From an uncultured Caldisericota bacterium (GTDB lineage Bacteria > Caldisericota > Caldisericia > B22-G15), in assembly GCA_964640995.1 (NCBI GenBank), contig CAZXJJ010000006.1:1964-65963 (forward strand): DNA of 64,000 nt, given 5' to 3'. The translations under genes and the position numbers were made by a program. The notes below the pieces were generated by a model. It searched no databases. It worked only from the letters and a program-made list of their open reading frames with translations, and had not been told where the DNA came from. Below are positions 28,029 through 37,669 of this stretch, in pieces; position 1 is the first letter of the stretch, and each line of letters starts with the position of its first letter.

Positions 28029-30168
28029 AGTATTATTAATAATTTTTTTGTTATTCCCAAATATATATTTTTCAAAAAACATTCAATTAAATAAATATAA
28101 TTTAAATGATATTGGTAATGGTATATGGATTCATATTAATACATTTTCAAATTCATCTCAAAAAGAAATAATAGATTTGTGTAAATTCTTTTTAAATCGA
28201 AATATAAAAAATGTATTTATTCTAGCAAAGGATATTAATGGTGAATTGCTTTATAAAAAATATGAAAACACTCTTTTAAGAATTGTTGGTATATTTAAGA
28301 AATACCAAATTAATGTTCACTATTATATACCTATAGGTTATGATCCTAAATTTTTAAAAGAAAATCAAAGTGAGGCTTCATTCCACTCTCCTGATAAAAA
28401 TAATCCATCTCCATATCCAGATAAAGAATTAAAAGTTGTTAATTTAAATAGCAAAAAATACATTAATTACATAAAAACAATAGTTAAAGAATTAATTTAT
28501 TATTACGATGCAGATGGGATTCAACTTGACTATATAAGGTATCCGAATGTTTATTATGGTTACGATGATTATGTTAAAAATAATTTCATCTCTCGCGGTG
28601 GAAATTGGAATAGAATCCTTGAAATATTTATAAAAAATATCGATATATTTTCACTTTATGATAATAAAGATAAAGATGTAATTCTTCTTGCAGATATTAG
28701 AAGTGTGGTTATAACAAATTTTTCGAATGAGATAAAAAGCTTTATATCATCAATTTCAAAAGAAATTCTTTTTTCAGTAACTTTAATTCAGAGTGGTTCA
28801 TCTTTTTTGTCTTATAGAGAAGGAGGAAAAGATTCATTTCCATATGGTTTTTTACATTTTGGTCAAGATTACAAAAAGTTATCTGAAATTTCAGATTTTA
28901 TATCACCTCTTGCATATCATAAAAATTATGAAAAAGATATAGAGTGGGTAAGAGAAATAATTAAAAACACAAAGAAAAAAGTTTCTTCAAAAATTTTATG
29001 TGGTATACAGGCAAATGATACACATGAAAATTTAGAAAAATTAATGAAAATATGTGAAGAAGAAGGGGTTAATTTTTCACTATTCAGGCTAGGAACATTT
29101 TTGCCTGTTAAAATTAATTTAAAAAATATTGATGCTTTAAAATATCAAATAGATTTTACTATATTTGAAAATTTTTATGAATACAAAAAAAATTATAACT
29201 TTGATTTAAAAATAAATGAAATAAATTTAACCAAAAGTATAAATATTAAGGATAAATTAATGTTTACAGCAGACAAAGGAGAAATAACTATTTTCCTAAA
29301 AGGTATACCACTTCTCACAGATCGAGTAAAATTTAGAATATTCAATACAGTAAAATTTAAAATTGGTGATAAGAATTATTTTGTTGATGGAATTAAAAAA
29401 TTAATGGATGCATCACCTTTTTTATTTAATGGTAGAACAATGGTTCCTGTTAGAGTAATATCAGAAACTTTAGGATATGAAGTAATTTGGAAAGATGGAG
29501 AGGTTATTTTAAAGAATAAAAATTTAATAATAAATCTATATGTTAATAAAAACAAAATAGTAATAAATGATTTAGAAATTTTTATTGACTCTTACCCAAT
29601 AATAAAAGAGGGAAGAACATATCTCCCAATAAGATATATGTGTGAGATATTAAATCTTCTTGTTTCATGGTTTGATAAAGAAAAAGAAGTAATAATAGAA
29701 GGTTTCATTAATGAAGAAGAAGAAAAATTATTATTATATAGAGAAAACATAAATAACCTGACGAGAGAATTAGTATCTAATAAAACAAAGATGGTTATTT
29801 TGTCAAATGAAATAGATATAACATCTCTAATAATGATTGATAAAGAGTTTTTGCTAAGGGGAATAAAAATATATTTTATTTATAATGAAAATTTAACTCA
29901 ATATAAAAATAAATTATTATCACTTGATGGTTTTTTAATTGATGAAAAAAATTCTTACTCCCTTTTAAAAGGTGAAAGTGTTTATAGAGTTTTTGATTCT
30001 AGTAAATTATTTCCAAAAGATGCACTTCTAAATTTTGCTAATTTTAGATTCAAAGAAAAAATAGAATTTTACATTTTTATAAATGATAAATACTTTATAG
30101 AACTATTCAAACCTTATGTAGAAAAAGACAAAAATTTTTTGGGTTTTATTTTAAAAGAAAATAGTTAA
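28012..30168 (+). CDS. Secreted protein: GHL10/DUF4015-like TIM-barrel (glycoside-hydrolase-like) domain + two copper-amine-oxidase-N-like domains + uncharacterised C-terminal region
   Basis: Signal peptide (VLLIIFLLFPNIYFS). Motif ..YYYDADGIQLDYIRYPN.. resembles GHL10/YngK-like proteins (recalled from memory). Then GRTMVPVRVISETLGYEVIWKDGEVILK and GRTYLPIRYMCEILNLLVSWFDKEKEVII repeats, then about 200 aa of unknown function. Confidence 0.55.
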   Translation: MSQFLKVLLIIFLLFPNIYFSKNIQLNKYNLNDIGNGIWIHINTFSNSSQKEIIDLCKFFLNRNIKNVFILAKDINGELLYKKYENTLLRIVGIFKKYQINVHYYIPIGYDPKFLKENQSEASFHSPDKNNPSPYPDKELKVVNLNSKKYINYIKTIVKELIYYYDADGIQLDYIRYPNVYYGYDDYVKNNFISRGGNWNRILEIFIKNIDIFSLYDNKDKDVILLADIRSVVITNFSNEIKSFISSISKEILFSVTLIQSGSSFLSYREGGKDSFPYGFLHFGQDYKKLSEISDFISPLAYHKNYEKDIEWVREIIKNTKKKVSSKILCGIQANDTHENLEKLMKICEEEGVNFSLFRLGTFLPVKINLKNIDALKYQIDFTIFENFYEYKKNYNFDLKINEINLTKSINIKDKLMFTADKGEITIFLKGIPLLTDRVKFRIFNTVKFKIGDKNYFVDGIKKLMDASPFLFNGRTMVPVRVISETLGYEVIWKDGEVILKNKNLIINLYVNKNKIVINDLEIFIDSYPIIKEGRTYLPIRYMCEILNLLVSWFDKEKEVIIEGFINEEEEKLLLYRENINNLTRELVSNKTKMVILSNEIDITSLIMIDKEFLLRGIKIYFIYNENLTQYKNKLLSLDGFLIDEKNSYSLLKGESVYRVFDSSKLFPKDALLNFANFRFKEKIEFYIFINDKYFIELFKPYVEKDKNFLGFILKENS

Positions 30169-30517
30169 GTAAAAAAAGAATTAAAAATAGAATAGTTAAT
30201 AATCTGTCAGTTATATTTCCACTTTTTATTAATCTTAAAGAATATTTACCTTTATATGGCCAAAGTAAAGGCAAAGGAGTGTATGTTAGATAATCTAAAA
30301 AAATGTGCGATATATAAGGTATGAATATTAAATTATTTCTAAAGAGTATCAAAATTAAAAAACAAAATAAAAATGAATGCGTCAGTTTTCTGTGATCTTT
30401 GATTTTTATATCTATGTCAGGAAGTAGAGAAATGATTGAATATAGAAAAATCGAAGGTTCTTTTTTAATAAAAGAGAGAATAAAAAGAGAAAATGAGTAA
30501 TGTGTTGGCAAAGTCAT
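30146..30517 (-). CDS. DUF457/YdjM-like membrane-bound metal-dependent hydrolase family protein
   Basis: Small polytopic membrane protein with LPDID....HRKLTHS and a later FLDYLTYTPLP motif, as in the YdjM family. Family-level call. Confidence 0.5.
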   Translation of the reverse strand: MTLPTHYSFSLFILSFIKKEPSIFLYSIISLLPDIDIKIKDHRKLTHSFLFCFLILILFRNNLIFIPYISHIFLDYLTYTPLPLLWPYKGKYSLRLIKSGNITDRLLTILFLILFLLNYFLLK

Positions 30518-30548
30518 AAATCATATTATACAATAATTGTGTTATAAT
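30505..30548 (+). promoter_or_regulatory. Candidate promoter for lepA operon (TTGGCA ... extended -10 TGtTATAAT)
   Basis: TTGGCA at 30505-30510, TATACA at 30527-30532 (16-nt spacer), and a stronger extended -10 TGtTATAAT at 30540-30548 only about 10 nt before the lepA ATG, with no SD. This suggests a very short or leaderless 5' end. Confidence 0.3.
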
Positions 30549-30557
30549 TTATAAATT

Positions 30558-32336
30558 ATGAATATAAGAAACTTTTCTGTTATTGCCCACATTGATCATG
30601 GTAAATCAACATTATGTGATAGATTTCTTGAGTTGTGTGGATTAACTTCACCTCTTTTAAAAGAGGGTCAGGCATTAGATCAAATGTCTTTAGAAAGAGA
30701 AAGAGGGATAACTATTAAGGCTCATCCTGTAAGACTTGTTTACAAAAAGGGAAATCATGAATATATTTTAAACTTAATCGATACACCTGGTCATGTTGAT
30801 TTTAGTTATGAGGTTTCAAGAAGCCTTGCTGCATGTGAAGGAGCAATTCTTCTTGTCGATGCAACACAGGGAGTTGAGGCACAAACGCTATCTCATTATT
30901 ATTTAGCAAAAGAAAATAGCTTAAAGATAATTCCTGTGATAAACAAAATTGATTTACCTAATGCAAGAGTAGATGAAGTTAAGAAAGAAATTATTAGTTT
31001 AACGCAAAGTGAAAATATATCTCTTGTTAGTGCAAAAAGTGGAACAGGTGTTAACGAATTGTTAGATAGAATTGTTGAAGAAATTCCACCACCTATAAAT
31101 AAAACAGATTCTCCTCTCAGAGCACTTATATTTGATTCTCATTATGACAAATATAAAGGAGTTATAGTACATATAAGAGTTTTTGAAGGTAAAATCAAAA
31201 AAGGAATGAAAATAATGCTTTATTCAAATAAAAAAGTTTTTGAAGTTATTGAGGTAGGAATATTTGAGTTAGAACTTAAAGAAAAAGAAGAGTTAATATC
31301 AGGAGAAGTTGGTTATCTTGCAGCGTTAATAAGAGATCCAAGAGATATAAGAGTTGGAGATACAGTTATTGATTATAAACATCATAACATTGAACCACTT
31401 CCTGGTTTTAAAGTTTTGAAACCAGTTGTATTTGCATCAATTTATCCTGCATTACCACAAGGATTTGAATCGCTAAGAAAATCAATTGAAAGATTATATT
31501 TAAATGACCCTGGATTTGTTTATGAACCAGAAGATTCTTCTCAATTAGGACCAGGATTTAGATGTGGTTTTCTTGGTTCGCTTCACCTTGAAATAGTTGA
31601 AGAGAGACTTGAAAGAGAATTTGAGGAAAATATTGTAATAACCTATCCCTCAACTAAATATAAAGTCATGCTAAATAATGGTGAAGAAATTGAAATAACA
31701 AACCCTTCAAAATTTCCAGATGAATCAAAAATAAAAGAAGTTTTAGAACCAATTGCATTATTAAAAATAGTTATACCTTCTGATTTTATAGGAGAAGTTT
31801 TAAAATTAATTGAGGTTAGAAAAGGTAAATTTTTAAATATGATTTATATAGATCCAAATAGGGTAATAATTGAGGCTAAAATTCCATTTTCTAAAATTAT
31901 TACTAAATTTTTTGATGATTTAAAATCTGTGACAAAAGGATTTGGAACTTTTGATTATACAATTTCTGACTGGGAAAAAGGTGATTTAATAAAAGTTGAT
32001 ATTCTTGTTAATGGTAAAGTTGTTGATGCTCTTTCATTTATAACATACAAAGATGAAGCATATAGAAAGGCAAAAGAAATATTAACTAAAATGAGAAACT
32101 TTATTCCAAAACAACTTTTTGAGGTAGTTTTACAGGCAAAGGTCCAGGGGAAAATTATAGCAAGAGAATCAATCGTACCTTTAAGAAAAGATGTTTTACA
32201 AAAGTGTTATGGGGGAGATGTTACAAGAAAGAAGAAACTACTTGAAAAACAAAAAGAGGGTAAAAAAAGAATGAAAATGATAGGAAATGTTGAAATACCT
32301 CAGGAAGCATTTCTTTCAATTATGGAAGTTGAATGA
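30558..32336 (+). CDS. lepA: Elongation factor 4 (LepA)
   Basis: MNIRNFSVIAHIDHGKSTL..., DTPGHVDF, NKID, and the LepA-specific C-terminal domain. Confidence 0.93.
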   Translation: MNIRNFSVIAHIDHGKSTLCDRFLELCGLTSPLLKEGQALDQMSLERERGITIKAHPVRLVYKKGNHEYILNLIDTPGHVDFSYEVSRSLAACEGAILLVDATQGVEAQTLSHYYLAKENSLKIIPVINKIDLPNARVDEVKKEIISLTQSENISLVSAKSGTGVNELLDRIVEEIPPPINKTDSPLRALIFDSHYDKYKGVIVHIRVFEGKIKKGMKIMLYSNKKVFEVIEVGIFELELKEKEELISGEVGYLAALIRDPRDIRVGDTVIDYKHHNIEPLPGFKVLKPVVFASIYPALPQGFESLRKSIERLYLNDPGFVYEPEDSSQLGPGFRCGFLGSLHLEIVEERLEREFEENIVITYPSTKYKVMLNNGEEIEITNPSKFPDESKIKEVLEPIALLKIVIPSDFIGEVLKLIEVRKGKFLNMIYIDPNRVIIEAKIPFSKIITKFFDDLKSVTKGFGTFDYTISDWEKGDLIKVDILVNGKVVDALSFITYKDEAYRKAKEILTKMRNFIPKQLFEVVLQAKVQGKIIARESIVPLRKDVLQKCYGGDVTRKKKLLEKQKEGKKRMKMIGNVEIPQEAFLSIMEVE

Positions 32337-33457
32337 AGGAGATTTCTTTATATTTTCATATTCCTTTTTGTATAGAAAAATGTAATTTTTGTTCATTTTA
32401 TTCAGTAAAATATAAAAATGAAATAAAAAAAATTTTTATAAAAAAATTAATTAAAGAAATCTATTTAAATGAAAATTTACTTAAAGATTATGAAATTAAA
32501 ACAATCTATTTTGGTGGTGGAACTCCATCTTTACTAAATAAAAAAGATTTTGAATTAATTTTTAATAATTTAAACAAATGTTTTAAAATTAAAAAGAATA
32601 TTGAAATAACAATAGAGTCAAATCCAGAATCTGTAAGTTATGAAAAATTTAAAAATTTAATTAATTATGGAATAAATAGAGTGAGCCTTGGGGTTCAAAC
32701 TTTTAAAGATGATTCTCTTAAATTTCTGGGGAGAGTTTATAAAAGGGATGATATTTTTAAATCTTTTGAAATAATAAGAAAATGTGGCTTTAATAATGTA
32801 AATATAGACTTACTCTTAGGTATTCCATATGAAAATTTAAAAGATTTAGAAAATTCATTAAAAGAGACCTTTTTATTAAATCCAGAGCATATCTCTATAT
32901 ACTCACTTGAATATCATAAAAGTTCTAAAATTTATTTTGATTTAATAAAAGGAAAAGTTAAATCTTGGAATAATGATATGGAAAAAGATGGTTATACTTT
33001 AATTAAAGATTTTCTTTCAAATTCAGGTTATAAACAATACGAGATTTCTAATTTTTCAAAAGAGGGCTTTGAATCAATTCATAATTTAAACTATTGGAAT
33101 GGTGGTGAGTATTTAGGTTTTGGCCCTAAATCTTTTAGTTTTATAAATGGTAGATATATTAAAAATGGAGATTTATTTTTTTATATAAGATCAATTGAAA
33201 AAAATAAAAACCCAATCATAAAAATCTTCTATATGAATAAAGAAAAATTAAAAAGGATTCTTTTTATACTGTCTCTAAGAAAAACAAGTGGTTTGAATTT
33301 AAAAGATTTTGAAAATAAATATGGAAATATTGATAAAATATATGATGAATTAAAAAAACTAGAAAAAGAAGGTTTAATAATAATTTATCAAAATAACTTA
33401 AATATATCAACCAAAGGAATTTTAATTAGCAACGAGATTTTCTCTGATTTGATATAA
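32333..33457 (+). CDS. hemW: Radical SAM heme chaperone HemW (HemN-like, oxygen-independent coproporphyrinogen oxidase family)
   Basis: LYFHIPFCIEKCNFCSF (CxxxCxxC radical-SAM motif), ..IYFGGGTPSLL.., and HemN C-terminal domain. Position between lepA and hrcA as in Firmicutes. Confidence 0.85.
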   Translation: MKEISLYFHIPFCIEKCNFCSFYSVKYKNEIKKIFIKKLIKEIYLNENLLKDYEIKTIYFGGGTPSLLNKKDFELIFNNLNKCFKIKKNIEITIESNPESVSYEKFKNLINYGINRVSLGVQTFKDDSLKFLGRVYKRDDIFKSFEIIRKCGFNNVNIDLLLGIPYENLKDLENSLKETFLLNPEHISIYSLEYHKSSKIYFDLIKGKVKSWNNDMEKDGYTLIKDFLSNSGYKQYEISNFSKEGFESIHNLNYWNGGEYLGFGPKSFSFINGRYIKNGDLFFYIRSIEKNKNPIIKIFYMNKEKLKRILFILSLRKTSGLNLKDFENKYGNIDKIYDELKKLEKEGLIIIYQNNLNISTKGILISNEIFSDLI

Positions 33458-33465
33458 TTAATATA

Positions 33466-34482
33466 ATGAGAGATATAAAAGAGATAACAATAAAAGATAA
33501 AAAAGAGATTATTCTATTTTTAACTGTAAAAGAGTATCTTGATACAGGTATGCCTGTGGGTTCTAAAACACTTGTTGAAAAATATATGCTTGATGTATCT
33601 CCAGCAACAGTTAGAAATTATATGAGTGAGTTTGAAGAAGAAGGTTATTTAATTCATATACATACCTCCTCTGGAAGAATTCCAACAGAAAAAGGTATTA
33701 AGTTTTATATAGATAAGATAATAGAAAAGATGAATGTTATGACAAATCTTAAAATAGAGAGAGATATTCAAAAATCTTTTGCGATACTTGGAGAAGATTT
33801 TATTGATCTTTTTTTAAATAAACTTTCAAATTTAACAAGTTCAGTTTCATTCTTTTTCTATTCTGTTCCCAAAGAGGAAAAAATAGTGAATTTACATTTA
33901 ATGAATTGTTCATATAGAAAAATTTTATTTATACTTGCATTAGAAGACAAAGTCGAAGAATACATAATAAAAACTGATAAAGATATTTCAGATGAGGAAC
34001 TTTTTAATATAAAAATTGATATATTAAAGTCAATCAAGGAAGGGAACTATAAATATCTAAATAGATTAAAAAAAGATTATCCAGAATTGATAAGAGAAAT
34101 TGAAAAAATTTTAAATGAGAGGTTAAAGAAGAGAGAGATAGGAGATATTTATATTAAAGGTTTGAAATATATTTTATCTTATGAAGATATTAAAAAATCA
34201 AAAGACCTTGAGACTTTAATAATATTTGTTGAAGAAAAAGAAAAAGCACTTTCATTAGTTGACTTTCTTACTGAATTTAAAAATTTATTGATTTTAATTG
34301 GAAATAAAATTGGAAATTTAACTCTTGAAAAGAGTGTTTTAATTGATCTTCCATATCTAAAGGGAGATAATGTTGAAGCAGGACTTGGTTTTATAACTCC
34401 TGAAAGATTCGATTTTGAATATCTTTTTAAAATTCTTAAACAACACGCCATTGAAATAAAAGATAGATTGGAGAACATTTAA
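33466..34482 (+). CDS. hrcA: Heat-inducible transcription repressor HrcA
   Basis: N-terminal winged helix ..LTVKEYLDTGMPVGSKTLVEKYMLDVSPATVRNYMSEFEEEGYLIHIHTSSGRIPTEKG.. is diagnostic. Confidence 0.85.
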   Translation: MRDIKEITIKDKKEIILFLTVKEYLDTGMPVGSKTLVEKYMLDVSPATVRNYMSEFEEEGYLIHIHTSSGRIPTEKGIKFYIDKIIEKMNVMTNLKIERDIQKSFAILGEDFIDLFLNKLSNLTSSVSFFFYSVPKEEKIVNLHLMNCSYRKILFILALEDKVEEYIIKTDKDISDEELFNIKIDILKSIKEGNYKYLNRLKKDYPELIREIEKILNERLKKREIGDIYIKGLKYILSYEDIKKSKDLETLIIFVEEKEKALSLVDFLTEFKNLLILIGNKIGNLTLEKSVLIDLPYLKGDNVEAGLGFITPERFDFEYLFKILKQHAIEIKDRLENI

Positions 34483-35208
34483 GTGCATGAGTTTTTCATA
34501 CCGAGAAATTCAGTTAAAGGTAATATTGCTAAAATTGAAAAAGAAGATTTTCATCATCTTATAAATGTTTTAAGGGCAAAAATAGGAGACAGAATAATAG
34601 TTGTTATTGATAGAGGTGAGAAATACATTTCAAAAATCATAGATATAAAAGATAGGTTTGCGAAATTGAAACTTGAGGAAAGAATATATGATAGTTTTGA
34701 GCCCAAAATAAATATACATCTAGCACAGGCGATTCCAAAAGAAAAAAAGTATGAATTTATTCTTAGAACAGGAACTGAACTTGGGGTAAAATTTTTTTAT
34801 CCTTTAATTACTGAGAGAACTGAAACGCTTATAAAAGAAGAAAAAATGGAAAGAGTAAAGAAAATTGTTAAAGAAGAAGCACAGCTTTCAAAAAGAGATG
34901 TAATTCCAGAGATTAATAAACCAATTAAATTTGAAGATTTCTTAAATTTAAATATAAAAACAAATAATAAATTTATATTTTGGGAACTTGAAGAAGAAAG
35001 AAGTTTTTATGATATAGAATTAAATAAAGATGAAGATATATTAATAGTTGTTGGCAATGAGGGCGGATTTAGTTTAAAAGAAATAAATATGGCTAAAGAT
35101 AAAGGATTTGTGCCTCTTTCACTTGGAAAAAGAATATTAAGAGCAGAGGTTGCTCCAATAGTGATCTTAAGTATTATTCTTTATAAACTTCAAGAGTTTA
35201 AAAGATGA
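34483..35208 (+). CDS. rsmE: 16S rRNA (uracil1498-N3)-methyltransferase RsmE
   Basis: GTG start. MHEFFIPRNSVKGNIAKIEKEDFHHLINVLRAKIGDRIIVVIDRGEKY... and C-terminal ..IVVGNEGGFSLKEINMAKDKGFVPLSLGKRILRAEVAP.. (SPOUT knot). Confidence 0.85.
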   Translation: MHEFFIPRNSVKGNIAKIEKEDFHHLINVLRAKIGDRIIVVIDRGEKYISKIIDIKDRFAKLKLEERIYDSFEPKINIHLAQAIPKEKKYEFILRTGTELGVKFFYPLITERTETLIKEEKMERVKKIVKEEAQLSKRDVIPEINKPIKFEDFLNLNIKTNNKFIFWELEEERSFYDIELNKDEDILIVVGNEGGFSLKEINMAKDKGFVPLSLGKRILRAEVAPIVILSIILYKLQEFKR

Positions 35209-36509
35209 AGATAAAATTTTATATCAAAACATTTGGTTGTAAAGTAAATCAATATGATTCTCAACTTATTATAGAGAATCTAACTCAGGATGAAAATTTT
35301 TTGTTTGTATCAAATTATAATGATTCTGATTTAATAATTATTAATAGTTGTATTGTAACAGAAAAAGCAGAAGATGAAGTAAAAAAATATATAAAAAAAT
35401 TTAAAACTAGAGCAACTGTTGTAGTAACTGGATGTTTTAAAGAAAAATTAAATGAAGATAGAGTTTATTATTTACCATTAAAAGATGAAATTAACATTAA
35501 AAATTTTATTTACAAAATTTTTAATATCGAATTCAAAGAAAATATTAAAAAAGATAGAATTTCATTTTTTGAAGGAAGAACAAGGGCTTTTTTAAAAATT
35601 GAAGAGGGTTGTAATAAATTCTGTTCATACTGTATTGTTCCTTATTTAAGAGGAAATGCAAAATCAAAGGATAAATCAATTATAAAAGAAGAGTTTGTTG
35701 ATTTATTGAAAAATGGTTACAAGGAAATTGTATTAACAGGTACAGAATTGGGATTTTATGGAATTGATAAAAATACAAACTTAATTGAGTTATTAAAAGA
35801 ACTTATCTCTATTCCTTATGATTTTAGAATAAGATTGTCTTCATTAGACCCTGAATTTTTGAGTGATGATTTAATTAAACTAATTTCTGAAAATGAAAAG
35901 ATTTGTTCACATATACATTTGCCACTTCAAAGTGGAAGTAATAAAATTTTGAAAATAATGAGAAGAAGATATGATAAAGATTATTATATTGATAGAGCTT
36001 TAAAATTTAAAGAAAAAGTTAAAAATTCAACTGTAACTACAGATATAATTGTTGGTTTTCCAGATGAAAGTGATGAAGATTTTTATGAGACAATAGATGT
36101 TATAAATAAAGTTCAATTTTTAAAGTGTCATATTTTCCCTTATTCAGAAAGAGAAGGAGCCCTTGCTTCTAAATATTTAAGTGATAAAAAAATTAATGAA
36201 GATATTTTAAAAGAGAGATTGAAAATTATAAATAAAGTAGCAAAAGAAACAACACAAAAAGTTTTAAATAGTTTTATAAATAAAGAAGCTATATTTTTAG
36301 GAGAAACTAAGAAAAAAAATGCTCTTTTCGGTTTTACAGATAATTATATAAGAGTTTTTATTGATAGTAATTTTGAGAAAAATGTTTTTTATAAAATATA
36401 TTTACAAAATACAAAAAATTTTGTAGAATATGGAATAGTTATATCTGAATTCCATTACGGAGTTCCAATAAAGAAGGAGGTGAGATTTTGCAATGCCAGC
36501 AGTTTATAG
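35205..36509 (+). CDS. mtaB: MiaB-like tRNA methylthiotransferase (MtaB family)
   Basis: UPF0004 N-domain (MKIKFYIKTFGCKVNQYDSQ), radical SAM ..EGCNKFCSYCIVPYLRG.., and C-terminal TRAM. Order rsmE-mtaB as in B. subtilis. Confidence 0.8.
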   Translation: MKIKFYIKTFGCKVNQYDSQLIIENLTQDENFLFVSNYNDSDLIIINSCIVTEKAEDEVKKYIKKFKTRATVVVTGCFKEKLNEDRVYYLPLKDEINIKNFIYKIFNIEFKENIKKDRISFFEGRTRAFLKIEEGCNKFCSYCIVPYLRGNAKSKDKSIIKEEFVDLLKNGYKEIVLTGTELGFYGIDKNTNLIELLKELISIPYDFRIRLSSLDPEFLSDDLIKLISENEKICSHIHLPLQSGSNKILKIMRRRYDKDYYIDRALKFKEKVKNSTVTTDIIVGFPDESDEDFYETIDVINKVQFLKCHIFPYSEREGALASKYLSDKKINEDILKERLKIINKVAKETTQKVLNSFINKEAIFLGETKKKNALFGFTDNYIRVFIDSNFEKNVFYKIYLQNTKNFVEYGIVISEFHYGVPIKKEVRFCNASSL

Positions 36510-36655
36510 ACGTGAAGGCGAAGATCTTGATAGTTTAATAAAAAGATTTAAAAAAGAATGTGAAAGAGAAGCAATACTTTCTGAAATAAAAAAGAGAGAA
36601 TTTTTTGTCCCTCCATCAGTTGAAAGAAGAAAAAGAAAAGGAAAAAAGAAATAAA
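36494..36655 (+). CDS. rpsU: 30S ribosomal protein S21 (53 aa, not present in the supplied ORF track)
   Basis: Hand translation MPAVYRREGEDLDSLIKRFKKECEREAILSEIKKREFFVPPSVERRKRKGKKK fits the S21 pattern MP.V.VRE.E.....L.RFK..CE..G.L.E...RE.F..P. ATG 36494 overlaps the mtaB end; stop TAA 36653-36655. Confidence 0.8.
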
Positions 36656-36671
36656 TAGAGGAGGTGTTAAC

Positions 36672-37669
36672 TTATAGAATCTTCCGAATTAAAAGAAAAA
36701 ACTTTTTATCCTTTTATAAACGAGGAAGAAGCAATAACCTTTTTAGGTTATTATAATAATTTAATAAAAGAGTTAGAAAAAAATTTTAATATAAGAATAA
36801 AAATCACAAGAGATGGTTTAAAATTTTACTCATCTGATGAAATTCCTGAAGAGTTAGATCAATTTATAAAAGACCTTTTTGATATAAAAAGGAATAAAAA
36901 CATTCTTTTAACAAAAGATGAATTAAAAAAAAGTATAAGTTCAATTAAAGATAAAAGTTACAAGATAACAAGAGAGTTTTTTGTTGACATAGTTTTTGTT
37001 TCTAGTAAAGGAAAAAAGATAAAACCAAAAAGCGAAAATCAAAAAAAATATGTTGAAATGATAAGAAAAAAAGATCTTGTCTTTTGTATAGGTCCTGCTG
37101 GTTCTGGTAAAACCTATCTTGCTATAGCATCTGCATTGAGTTATTTGTTTGATAAAAGAGTTGAAAGAATTATTTTGACAAAACCAGTAGTTGAAGCAGG
37201 TGAAAAACTTGGATTTTTGCCTGGAACTTTTCTTGAAAAGGTTGATCCACACTTTAGACCCCTTTACGATGCTCTTTATGATTTAGTTGAAGTTGATAAA
37301 GTAACAAGATTAATTGAAAATAATATAATTGAAATTGCTCCACTTGCTTATATGAGAGGAAGAACTCTGAATGATTCTTTTATTATTCTTGATGAAGCTC
37401 AGAACACAACATATTCTCAAATGAAGATGTTTTTAACAAGAATGGGCTTCAATTCAAAAGTTGTAATTACAGGTGATATAACTCAGATTGATATAGAAAA
37501 TCCAAAAGATTCAGGACTTGTCAAGGTAATAAAAATTCTTAAAAATATTGATGATATAGGAATTGTTGAATTGGAAAAGGTGGATATTGTTAGAAATCCG
37601 ATAGTACAAAAAATAGTTGAAGCATATGAAAATTTTGAAAAATATAAGAAAAATAAATTTGAAAATTAA
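36672..37669 (+). CDS. phoH: PhoH-like ATPase with intact N-terminal domain; start codon non-canonical or undefined
   Basis: The track ORF starts at 37058 (MIRKKDLVFCIGPAGSGKTYLA, Walker A). The frame is open a further 386 nt upstream to the TAA at 36669-36671. That upstream frame encodes a PhoH N-domain-like sequence (..FLGYYNNLIKELEKNFNIRIKITRDGLKFYSSDEIPEELDQFIKDL...KKIKPKSENQKKYVEMI) running straight into the ATPase domain. No ATG, GTG or TTG occurs in that stretch. GGAGGTG at 36661-36667 precedes ATA 36675 by 7 nt. Confidence 0.7.

Noticed and set aside
33400-33470. CIRCE operator for HrcA near hrcA, lepA or hemW
   Set aside because: No TTAGCACTC-N9-GAGTGCTAA-like inverted repeat was found by eye. 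This is recorded as an absence and needs a proper pattern scan.
37058-37060. ATG 37058 as the phoH start
   Set aside because: It is an internal Met. The conserved PhoH N-domain is encoded in-frame upstream.
36941-37252. Minus-strand 103-aa ORF overlapping the phoH N-terminus and Walker A region
   Set aside because: Antisense to the conserved phoH coding sequence, so it is spurious.
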